Shown here: piece after piece, positions 7,661 through 15,876 of the stretch
Layout: each line of letters begins with the position of its first letter
Numbering within the stretch: position 1 is the stretch's first letter
Virus record (IMG/VR): IMGVR_UViG_3300024264_000002
Span: 1 to 41,017 of that record
Source: a virus
Reading direction: 5' to 3' (one strand)
DNA: 41,017 nt
The notes under the pieces: generated by a model
Databases searched by the model: none
The model's input: the letters and a program-made list of their open reading frames with translations, nothing else
What the model was told of the DNA's origin: nothing
Made by a program: the position numbers and the translations under genes

Positions 7661-7958
7661 AATAGAAATAGAAAACGAATATAAAAGAATTTTTAACAAT
7701 CTACTACATATAGCTTTAGAAGATACATCTCTAATAGGTCTATTCGGTTGTTCTTTACAAGGTGCAGCTGTTGATTTAATGGGAGCTATAAGCAAAAGGG
7801 ATAGAGAAAAACTCGAAAACAATCAGAGAAAATTAACCTCTTTTAGTAAAGATTTTGAATTAGCTTTTAAAGAGTTCAATAACCTGACTCAATTGCTAAC
7901 TGAGGCACTTAATAACGAAATATCTTTGAAAGAAGGTAGTGAGGTGCCTCATGCTTAG
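7653..7958 (+). CDS. Hypothetical early protein
   Basis: 101-aa ORF that overlaps its neighbours. Confidence 0.45.
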   Translation: MNKIEIENEYKRIFNNLLHIALEDTSLIGLFGCSLQGAAVDLMGAISKRDREKLENNQRKLTSFSKDFELAFKEFNNLTQLLTEALNNEISLKEGSEVPHA

Positions 7959-9543
7959 TCAACAAAGACACCTAACCAATAAAGCAGAACACCCAAATAA
8001 TACTAGACCTAGGAGTAATCTAATGAAGGCCAGAACCAACATTGTTAAATTTAAACACTCTTATAAAAAGAGAGAAAATATAAAACCTTATGCCAAATAC
8101 GATTTGGATTGGACAAATATAACACGAGCGAACGATAATAGCAAGATGCTATCTGAAGCCTCCGTTATGTTATGCTCCAGGTTAGAATATCAATTGCATA
8201 GAAATAATTATAGACCTGTATTTTTAACGTCTGATTGGTTTGCTCAAGCTACTAAGAAAAAGCGTCATCAGAATGCTAACCTACGTGGTCAAGTATCTCA
8301 TATATATAATTTTAAATGGCATCCAAAAGTTAGAGTGGAGGAAGTTTTATTATCGAATGTTTTTGAAGTTTGGTCTACAACAGAAGCACCTAAAATATTA
8401 AATTTAGAAGATGTAGAAACAACCCAAAAAAAGCCAAATCTTAAGGCGGTAGAAGTACCAAAAAATTCTACAACCATGGAGAAAAAATTCTACGAGGGTG
8501 GAGAAAAAATTCTACAGCCAATAGTAGATAAAGGAATAATAAATCCTCCTAAAGAGGATTTATTTATTCCGAATAATGAAAAATTAAAAATAAAAAAAAT
8601 TGATTCTAATAAAAATTCTAAAACTTCACAGCAAGAAACACCGCAACAAAAATCATCTTTGGGTGATGATTTTGTTGCTAATACGGAAACCTTGGAAAGA
8701 GATTGGGAGCTTGACTGTGCCGATACAGTTCTAACTGAACCACCTGAATACCTTTTAGCAGAAGCTGGGTTAGCAAAGGGAGAATCAGACTACTATGGAC
8801 ATCTTCCACCTGATACACCTGAATCCGTTGAAACACCTATTGCCTCGGACTACGTCCTCGGAGATACAACACCTAAAACAGAAGCAAAAAAGCGGACCGC
8901 TACCCCCCCAATTTTAACAAATCAAGCTAAAGAGGAAAAACCAATGGCTATACCACAAACACAGTTAGAACCAAGGCAGCAACTCAACTATCAGATTCTA
9001 AAAACATTTCCAACAGCAACGGCAGCAGAATTACAGCAAAAGCTGGACATCAAGCCAATAGCACCAAACAAAATAGGGCTGGCATTTAAGCAGGGATTAG
9101 AACTAAAAAACAATGAAAAACAACAGCTTAGGGAGACTATACAGCTGGTCTACGGAAAAAGCGTAAAAATGATTCTCATCAAGCCAGGCAAGCCTGAAAT
9201 GGCAACGAAAGAAGATACCGAAAAACGTAGTGAGCCTAAGCCGTTAACACCCGAAGAAAGCAAATGGGAAGCTGTTAAAAATGATGTATTAAATGCCTTG
9301 TTTTTAGACCAAAAAGATCTAATGAAAATCAACCTTGATCAAGTGGAGGTGATAGATTTAGAGGGTAGAAAACTAAAGCTACAAGCAACTTATAGCATTT
9401 GTCATAAAATGGATAATAAACAATCGTTGATAGAATCCATGGCGAAGAAACATGATGTAGATATTGAAGTGAAAAATATAACGGATAACGATACGCTATA
9501 TTTTCCATGGATAAAACCTAACTTAGATTTTTTGGGGGAGTAG
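7951..9543 (+). CDS. Large hypothetical early protein (candidate replication or initiation function; unrecognised)
   Basis: I placed the start at ATG 7951, with SD GAGGTG 6 nt upstream. The track's GTG at 7939 is less likely. The N-terminus is basic, the middle is Pro/Glu/Thr-rich, and no motif is recognised. Confidence 0.5.
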   Translation: MLSQQRHLTNKAEHPNNTRPRSNLMKARTNIVKFKHSYKKRENIKPYAKYDLDWTNITRANDNSKMLSEASVMLCSRLEYQLHRNNYRPVFLTSDWFAQATKKKRHQNANLRGQVSHIYNFKWHPKVRVEEVLLSNVFEVWSTTEAPKILNLEDVETTQKKPNLKAVEVPKNSTTMEKKFYEGGEKILQPIVDKGIINPPKEDLFIPNNEKLKIKKIDSNKNSKTSQQETPQQKSSLGDDFVANTETLERDWELDCADTVLTEPPEYLLAEAGLAKGESDYYGHLPPDTPESVETPIASDYVLGDTTPKTEAKKRTATPPILTNQAKEEKPMAIPQTQLEPRQQLNYQILKTFPTATAAELQQKLDIKPIAPNKIGLAFKQGLELKNNEKQQLRETIQLVYGKSVKMILIKPGKPEMATKEDTEKRSEPKPLTPEESKWEAVKNDVLNALFLDQKDLMKINLDQVEVIDLEGRKLKLQATYSICHKMDNKQSLIESMAKKHDVDIEVKNITDNDTLYFPWIKPNLDFLGE

Positions 9544-9544
9544 T

Positions 9545-9700
9545 ATGCAAATTGAAAATTTAGATGAAATAGATAGAGTGCTTTTAATTGAATTACAGAA
9601 TTTACCGTTTGAGGAATTTATATTTTTTCAAGCGTTTTACGAAACTAACTCATTCAGTAAAGTTGCGACAGGTGATTCATCTATAAAGACGAATACTTGA
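9545..9700 (+). CDS. Small hypothetical protein (51 aa)
   Basis: ATG at 9545 is preceded by GGGGGAG. The ORF ends at TGA 9698-9700 and is below the ORF-track cut-off. Confidence 0.4.
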   Translation: MQIENLDEIDRVLLIELQNLPFEEFIFFQAFYETNSFSKVATGDSSIKTNT

Positions 9701-9768
9701 CTAATTTAGTAAGCTATTGATACTTTGCTAAATTTGTTGTACAATACAAAAAAAGATATATTTTGAGT

Positions 9769-9796
9769 TTGACATATTGAATAATTTCAATATAAA
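9769..9796 (+). promoter_or_regulatory. Near-consensus sigma70-type promoter
   Basis: TTGACA (9769-9774), a 16-nt spacer, then TATAAA (9791-9796). Confidence 0.6.
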
Positions 9797-9802
9797 ATCA
9801 GA

Positions 9803-9920
9803 ACTGAAAAACATTCTCCGTTGTCTGTTTTCGTCTGTTAAATCTGCATTCTCGCAAAAGATTAGATTAACAAAACTGTTGGTTGAGCCGTTGCACCATG
9901 CGACGGCTTTCTTACTTTCT
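9803..9920 (+). ncRNA. Candidate trans-acting small RNA (about 115 nt) carrying an anti-box loop
   Basis: It is bounded by the promoter above and the terminator at 9886-9920. There is no credible plus-strand ORF. A weak stem AATCT (9841-9845) / AGATT (9859-9863) exposes the loop GCATTCTCGCAAA. CTCGCAA (9851-9857) is the reverse complement of the TTGCGAG box core. Confidence 0.45.
9886..9920 (+). terminator. Rho-independent terminator
   Basis: Stem AGCCGTTGC (9886-9894) / GCGACGGCT (9900-9908) with one G-U pair, loop ACCAT, then TTCTTACTTTCT. Confidence 0.6.
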
Positions 9921-10303
9921 AAACTGTTATTAAATGAATAATTCATTTTTTAAAGATATAATTTAGAACTCATAAGAAACTTATCACAACTCCGACTTTT
10001 TTGCAAATACATAAACCCTCCACAAGTTACTCTATTTGCTCTTGTACGTGTCTTATATCAAGTCTCAGGACTATTCTATTATCTACTTGATAGTCTAATT
10101 GTTATCTGCTAATTTTTAAACACGGTGTTTAAGCGCACTAGTTAAATTTAAATTCCTAGTTATTTTATGCTAGGAGCCTATTATTATAAGTGCTTCTGGC
10201 ATGAAGTATAATAGAGGTCGTTTAACTGACTTGCTTAAGCTCCTAGTTCCATAACAATTAATTAGCTAGGTGTTTATTATGCAAAATTACAAAGGAAAAA
10301 TAA

Positions 10304-10765
10304 ATGTCAGGAAGTGTAAACAAAGTAACCCTGATAGGGAATCTAGGAAAAGACCCAGAAATCAGATCGACTAGTGATGGCAAAGAAATAGCTAATCTTA
10401 GTATAGCTACTACTGAAAGCTGGAAAGATAAATCTAGTGGTGAAAAAAAAGATAAGACCGAGTGGCATAGAGTTATATGTTTTAATGAAGGTTTAGTTAA
10501 AGTAATAAAAAATTATGTTAAGAAAGGTACAAAACTTTATCTTGAAGGTCAGCTACAGACTAAAAAGTGGATAGATAAGGATAATCAGGAAAAATATACC
10601 ACTGAGGTTATACTAAAAGGCTACAGTTCAAACTTAGTATTACTTGGTTCAAATAGTAAGGAAGCTTCATTAGAACAAAAGGATAATGGACGTTTTAAGA
10701 TAGGAGAAAGCAAACAGGCTCAAGAACCTACAACCGAAATTGAAGATGACGAAATTTTATTTTAG
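10304..10765 (+). CDS. ssb: Single-stranded DNA-binding protein
   Basis: N-terminal OB-fold signature VNKVTLIGNLGKDPE...TEWHRVICF. A Gln/Glu-rich linker precedes the acidic C-terminal tip DDEILF. Confidence 0.9.
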   Translation: MSGSVNKVTLIGNLGKDPEIRSTSDGKEIANLSIATTESWKDKSSGEKKDKTEWHRVICFNEGLVKVIKNYVKKGTKLYLEGQLQTKKWIDKDNQEKYTTEVILKGYSSNLVLLGSNSKEASLEQKDNGRFKIGESKQAQEPTTEIEDDEILF

Positions 10766-10774
10766 GAGGTGATT

Positions 10775-11134
10775 ATGGGGGAAAAAGCAAAGGTGTTCAC
10801 TAAAGAAGAAATTATTGAAGCTGAAGAGTTGGCGAGTAAATATACTTTGAATGAAGTGGCTGTACATTTTAATATTGATTGCTCTACGTTAAGCAAGGCA
10901 AGAAAAAGAGATGTAAAATTAAGAGAGGCTATAAATCGTGGATTAGAAAAACGTTCATCAAGTAAAAATAAAGAGCCATCAGAAGCTAAGAAAAAACTTC
11001 ATATAGAAAAATATCAACCAATGATGACCTTTTCTGAAACAGACAAATCGGCACTAAAAAAATTCAAAGAAGAATTTGAGGCTAATAAGAGGAAAAGATT
11101 AAAAGAAGAGTTAAAAAATCTAGACTTAATTTAG
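10775..11134 (+). CDS. HTH DNA-binding protein (function unknown)
   Basis: ATG at 10775 lies 5 nt after a perfect AGGAGG. YTLNEVAVHFNIDCSTLSKARKR resembles an HTH. The C-terminus is basic. Confidence 0.55.
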   Translation: MGEKAKVFTKEEIIEAEELASKYTLNEVAVHFNIDCSTLSKARKRDVKLREAINRGLEKRSSSKNKEPSEAKKKLHIEKYQPMMTFSETDKSALKKFKEEFEANKRKRLKEELKNLDLI

Positions 11135-11345
11135 GTTAATATTTTAATATTTAAACTAAAAATAATGCGATATTTTAGCAACAATTTCCATAAGATAAAT
11201 TATGGTGTATTTTTTTGATAGAATCTTTTTAAGAAATTTTCTTAGATTTTAATTTTTTGAGGATGGAGATTGCAGAAGAAAGGAAAAATATAAAATATAC
11301 GCTTTAGGCACAATCTCCTCGTCAAGGGTAGCATACAATACTAAC

Positions 11346-11374
11346 TTGTCAATAACTGATGGAACAGGTATAAT
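11346..11374 (+). promoter_or_regulatory. Near-consensus sigma70-type promoter upstream of terS (late/packaging operon)
   Basis: TTGTCA (11346-11351), a 17-nt spacer, then TATAAT (11369-11374). Confidence 0.6.
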
Positions 11375-11384
11375 ACAATCACTT

Positions 11385-11394
11385 AAATTGCGAT
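11385..11394 (+). promoter_or_regulatory. Box variant AAATTGCGAT (8 nt upstream of ATG 11403)
   Basis: 9/10 match to the box. It starts 10 nt after the -10 hexamer. Confidence 0.5.
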
Positions 11395-11402
11395 ATTATA
11401 CA

Positions 11403-11810
11403 ATGACAGAAAAGAACTTGGGCGGTCGTCCCGAAATTGAACTCACAGAAAAACAAATAAAAAAAGTTGAAAGATTATCTGCTCATTTAACAACCGAGCA
11501 AATAGCTGATTATTTTGGCATAGATAGAAGTACCTTTTATGAAATTAGAAAGCGTCAGCCAGAGGTTTCCCAACAGTATAAAAAAGGTAGAGCTCAAAAA
11601 ATCTTAAAGTTATCCAAAAAAATAGAAAATAAATCAATGGGTATTGATGAAACTGGATGTGCTACATCTCTTATTTTTTCATTAAAAGCTCTAGGTGAAT
11701 GGTCAGAAAAACAAGTAGTTGAGACCAAAGATACAACTCCATTAAAAAAAGAACCAAGACAAATTAATATATACGTAAATGAAAAGCCAGCGCACAGACT
11801 TGAGGATTGA
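11403..11810 (+). CDS. terS: Terminase small subunit (HTH type)
   Basis: MTEKNLGGRPEIELTEKQIKKVERLSAHLTTEQIADYFGIDRSTFYEIRK...IFSLKALGEWSEK resembles GRP...HTH...W small terminases. It lies immediately upstream of, and overlaps, TerL. The start is trimmed from the track's 11346. Confidence 0.65.
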   Translation: MTEKNLGGRPEIELTEKQIKKVERLSAHLTTEQIADYFGIDRSTFYEIRKRQPEVSQQYKKGRAQKILKLSKKIENKSMGIDETGCATSLIFSLKALGEWSEKQVVETKDTTPLKKEPRQINIYVNEKPAHRLED

Positions 11811-13020
11811 GTGGTGGCAATTACTACTATTTCAACCTTGTAGATACAAAATAATTTATGGAGGACGTGGAAGCGGTAAATCTTTTGCTGTAGCTGATGC
11901 ACTACTAACTCAAGCTGCGTCAAAATACTGTCTAGTTCTGTGCGGTCGTGAGTTTCAGAATTCAATTAAGGACAGCGTTCACTCATTGCTAAAACAAAGG
12001 ATAGAGGTGTTAGGGTTGTCTGAAGATTACGAAATAACGCACGATACTATTAAGTGTATAACTACCAATAGCCGCTTTATCTTCAAAGGTTTATATCATA
12101 ATATTGACAGTATTAAATCCATGGCAGGTATTACCCATTTATGGATAGAGGAAGCTGATACTCTCTCTGCTGAAAGCTGGAAAATAATTAAGCCAACTAT
12201 TAGAAATGAAGGCTCTGAGATTTGGATTACGATGAATCCTAAGAATAGAGAGGATGTCTTATACAGAGAATTTATAGAACCTAAAGAAGTTCCTGATAAT
12301 ACTTATAGAGTAAAGGTAAACTGGCAAGATAACCCATACTTTCCAAATGTTCTAAAAGATGAGATGGAGCGGGATAAGGAAAGAGATTATGGATATTACC
12401 GCCACGTATGGGAAGGGGAGTGCCTGGAGCATTCAGAGGCTCAAGTGTTTGCTAAAAAATGGACCGTAATTCGGGATGAAGATTTTAAGGAAGACATATC
12501 GGTACATAAATATTTTGGCTTAGATTTTGGTTACTCACAAGACCCAACGGCTGGCATCAGGTGCTACGCTAAAGATAATGTATTGTATATCACCCACGAG
12601 GCTTTTCAAACAAAGCTTGAGATAGATAATATAGGATATTTTTTAATACAACATTTACCAGACTTAAGAGGCAATGCTATATATGCAGACAGTTCACGTC
12701 CTGAAACAATTTCTCATATCAACAAAAAAGAATATGGCTTTAGCGTTTATGGTGCAGATAAAGGTAAAGGTTCAATTGAGGATGGTATAGAGTATATCAG
12801 ATCATTTGATAAAATCATTATTCACGAAAGATGCAAGAATATAGCCAATGAATTTGCTACATATTCATTTAAAGTAGATGAGCGAAGCGGTGATATTACT
12901 AACAAGGTTGAAGATAAAAACAATCACGGAATCGATGCTCTACGCTATGCTTTAGAACGCTCCATGAAGAGGTCACTAGTTAATTACCAGAAAATGAAAT
13001 TAAATGCAGGTAGGTTTTAG
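11779..13020 (+). CDS. terL: Terminase large subunit (PBSX/Terminase_3-like)
   Basis: Walker A is YGGRGSGKS and Walker B-like is HLWIEEAD. The C-terminal nuclease region carries GLDFGYSQDPTA and NHGIDALRYAL. The exact start is uncertain. Confidence 0.85.
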   Translation: MKSQRTDLRIEWWQLLLFQPCRYKIIYGGRGSGKSFAVADALLTQAASKYCLVLCGREFQNSIKDSVHSLLKQRIEVLGLSEDYEITHDTIKCITTNSRFIFKGLYHNIDSIKSMAGITHLWIEEADTLSAESWKIIKPTIRNEGSEIWITMNPKNREDVLYREFIEPKEVPDNTYRVKVNWQDNPYFPNVLKDEMERDKERDYGYYRHVWEGECLEHSEAQVFAKKWTVIRDEDFKEDISVHKYFGLDFGYSQDPTAGIRCYAKDNVLYITHEAFQTKLEIDNIGYFLIQHLPDLRGNAIYADSSRPETISHINKKEYGFSVYGADKGKGSIEDGIEYIRSFDKIIIHERCKNIANEFATYSFKVDERSGDITNKVEDKNNHGIDALRYALERSMKRSLVNYQKMKLNAGRF

Positions 13021-14187
13021 ATGTCTGATAGAAACACATTACGGATATTATCACTGGATGGTGGTGGAATGCGAGGCTATCTTTCTGCTATTTTCTTTAA
13101 GCTTTTTGTTCAACAATGGGGAATAAATGCTAATGAGATATGGAAACATTTTGACATAATTACTGGTAGCTCTATTGGTGGTATTACGGCTCTTGCCTAT
13201 GCTAGCGGAAAATCTCCCACTGATATATTGCCATTTTTTACTGAAGATGGGCCATGGATATTTACAACAAGTACCAGCACTCCATCATCTAGACCATCAA
13301 CCTTAACGAAAATTAATACTATTGTTGGCGGCCCATTAAGTAGCCCAACCTTTTATCCAAGTACCACCGATGGAATAGGTACAAAAAGATTAAAGAGTAA
13401 ATTAGATAATGTCTTCGGCATACAAACAATGCAGGATATGAAGACTAATGTTCTAATTACTTCTTTTGAGAAGAATGCTACAGAAACAGATTTTACTCAA
13501 GATAGCAATACACCAATATATTTTTCTAATAGTAATATAGTACCAGTATTAATTGGTCAAAATAATTTAGCCGTAGATGTAGCAATGGCAACAAGTGCTG
13601 CTCCTTTATATTTTCCATCATGGCAGATTGGAGAAGATAAATATATTGATGGCGGAGTAGTACAAAATAATCCAGCATCTTTAGGTCTTGCAATAGCTAA
13701 ATCCTTAAAACCAACAGCAAAACGTTATTGCGTTTTATCAATAGGTACTGGTCTTGGCGATGTGGGTTTTGCATCTACTCAAACCAATATAGTAAAGCAA
13801 AGAGCTATACAGGAAGCTACAGAGTTAAGAAATAATCCAAAAGCGTTTGCTGAAAAATGGCAGTTATCTAGTAGAGAGGTAAAGAGCTTACAGCAAGTAA
13901 GTTCTAATTTAAAGCTTTTAGAAGGTGCATATCTAATTATGTATTTAATTGGTGCTATGGGCGGCGGTGCTCAAGAAATAGTTGCCAAAGAATTAGAGAT
14001 AGAAAGTAAATATACGCTGGATAATTTATATTATTACCGCATGCAATATTATTTAGACCCTGTCAAAGATACAGAGCTGGATAATTCAACATCTTCTATA
14101 CTTGCGTATTATGAGGAATCAGCAACAAACTATTTTAATAATGATATAGCAAATATTAGTAGTTTTATCTCAAGGTTAATAGCATGA
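13021..14187 (+). CDS. Patatin-like phospholipase
   Basis: Oxyanion motif LDGGGMRGY, nucleophile elbow GSSIGG (GxSxG) and catalytic Asp motif YIDGGVVQNNP. The ATG abuts the TerL stop (TAGATG). Its stop overlaps the next ATG (ATGA at 14184-14187). Confidence 0.85.
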   Translation: MSDRNTLRILSLDGGGMRGYLSAIFFKLFVQQWGINANEIWKHFDIITGSSIGGITALAYASGKSPTDILPFFTEDGPWIFTTSTSTPSSRPSTLTKINTIVGGPLSSPTFYPSTTDGIGTKRLKSKLDNVFGIQTMQDMKTNVLITSFEKNATETDFTQDSNTPIYFSNSNIVPVLIGQNNLAVDVAMATSAAPLYFPSWQIGEDKYIDGGVVQNNPASLGLAIAKSLKPTAKRYCVLSIGTGLGDVGFASTQTNIVKQRAIQEATELRNNPKAFAEKWQLSSREVKSLQQVSSNLKLLEGAYLIMYLIGAMGGGAQEIVAKELEIESKYTLDNLYYYRMQYYLDPVKDTELDNSTSSILAYYEESATNYFNNDIANISSFISRLIA

Positions 14188-15854
14188 ATTATGATGTTTT
14201 ACATAATTTTATATCACCTGTTACTGGTAGGGTACTATGCAAGGAAGATTATATTCTAGTTGGTAATAGGGATAATATTGCAGACCCTAGCCCTGCTTTA
14301 ATTGATACTAAGCTTGATTTAATCAAATTACGGCATGATGTAAATGAGTTATTAAATGCTACATTTATATTAGAGGAAGCTAATTTTAAATTACCCAAAG
14401 CTCAAGCCTTGAATATATTAGATAATGGATTTATGTATAATACAGGCGGAATTATCAGCACGACTAATGATGTACCACTGCCCAGTTTAGAATACAAGCA
14501 TTTATGGATAGGAGATAGTAATAATAAGTCTCAAGCTGTTACTACAATTGATATTGATAACTTACCATCACTTGGAACAACAGATGTACCGACTCCTACC
14601 GGTGGCTTTGTTGGTAAGGTTTGGGAAGGTACATCATCAGGGAGACCAGAAGAATCTAGTATTGTTGGTGAGATGTTTGCTGATATTGGAATACTTAATG
14701 CTAAGTTTCTAGCTGGGCATTTTGTTATGAATAGTGGCCTTACTGCATCTTTTCCAAAAGCTCAGTTTTTAAATGCATTAACAGCAGGAGGGTTGGTTAA
14801 AACAAGTAGTGCAGGTGATGGAAAGCTAGAAGCGGTTACACTAAACCAAGACCAAATATTAATGGGCGGTGCTAATAATGTGCCAGAATCAAGAGCAAGA
14901 ATAGGGATAGAGAATTTACCGCTACTTGCAGACAAAAAATTATGGTCAGGTAATGCAGATAGTATTCCACAAAGTATTACAACAATAGATATTAGTAATT
15001 TACCCAATCTTGCTAATAATAATTTATGGATGGGAGGAGAGGATAATCGCCCAATAGCGAAAGTAAGTATTGATATAACCAATCTACCAAACCTTGAACA
15101 AAACAAATTATGGCTAGGTGATGCTGGCAATAGACCAGTAGCACAAAGCACGCTAAATGTAGATAATCTACCTAATCTAACTAATAACATGGTATGGCAA
15201 GGCAATGCCCAAGGACGCCCAACAGAAGTAGAACTTAATTTTGCACCTGTTGATGCTACTTATATATTAAAAACCCCTAAAATAGGTTTGAATAATGCGC
15301 AGGTGTTATCTGAGTTGGTAGGTGGAATATTAAAAAGTGCACCATTAACTGGTACATTAAGCAACGCAATATCAGGAGTTGATTACGCCGCTGAAGCATC
15401 TGTTGTAGCAGCACAAGCTACTGCAGATGGAGCAGCTGCAGAAGCTACCGCTGCAGCAACTGCCGCAGCAGCCGCTCCAGCAGCAGGTGCAGCATTAGCT
15501 GCTGTATATTTTAATGAGCAAATGCTTCCTTATAGTTTAGTACCATTAGTACCAGCTGGAGCTAGCATAAGTGCTGCAATAGGTATTGCCGCTGCTGCGG
15601 CAGCAAGTGCAGCTAGTGATGCAAGTTCGGCTCAAACCACAGCAAATACAGCTATTACACGTATTGACAATTTAAATGTCGCCTTACAAGGGGATATAAT
15701 AGGTAGTGGCAATTTGAAAAATCCTGTTATTACAACTTTTAAATCAAATCCAGTATTTACAGGTACAGGGTCAATGACTATTCCTGTAGGAACAACAGCA
15801 GAAAGACCTAGTAATCCAACTACGGGTATGGTAAGATTGAACACAGAATTATAA
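14184..15854 (+). CDS. Tail fibre segment 1 (repeat-rich)
   Basis: Five or six tandem ~23-aa units (IDI.NLPNL..N.LW.G....RP). An Ala-rich tract follows. The C-terminus is PVGTTAERPSNPTTGMVRLNTEL. Confidence 0.6.
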   Translation: MNYDVLHNFISPVTGRVLCKEDYILVGNRDNIADPSPALIDTKLDLIKLRHDVNELLNATFILEEANFKLPKAQALNILDNGFMYNTGGIISTTNDVPLPSLEYKHLWIGDSNNKSQAVTTIDIDNLPSLGTTDVPTPTGGFVGKVWEGTSSGRPEESSIVGEMFADIGILNAKFLAGHFVMNSGLTASFPKAQFLNALTAGGLVKTSSAGDGKLEAVTLNQDQILMGGANNVPESRARIGIENLPLLADKKLWSGNADSIPQSITTIDISNLPNLANNNLWMGGEDNRPIAKVSIDITNLPNLEQNKLWLGDAGNRPVAQSTLNVDNLPNLTNNMVWQGNAQGRPTEVELNFAPVDATYILKTPKIGLNNAQVLSELVGGILKSAPLTGTLSNAISGVDYAAEASVVAAQATADGAAAEATAAATAAAAAPAAGAALAAVYFNEQMLPYSLVPLVPAGASISAAIGIAAAAAASAASDASSAQTTANTAITRIDNLNVALQGDIIGSGNLKNPVITTFKSNPVFTGTGSMTIPVGTTAERPSNPTTGMVRLNTEL

Positions 15855-15859
15855 AAATA

Positions 15860-15869
15860 AAATTGCGAG
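15860..15869 (+). promoter_or_regulatory. AAATTGCGAG box, copy 2 (7 nt upstream of ATG 15877)
   Basis: Exact 10-mer in the 22-nt gap between fibre segments 1 and 2. Confidence 0.6.
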
Positions 15870-15876
15870 TATTATA

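Noticed and set aside
9728-9946. 72-aa minus-strand ORF from the track, lying in the ssb-upstream non-coding region
   Set aside because: It has no SD and a junk-like sequence. It lies exactly antisense to a well-formed plus-strand promoter/terminator unit, so I interpret the locus as a small RNA gene.
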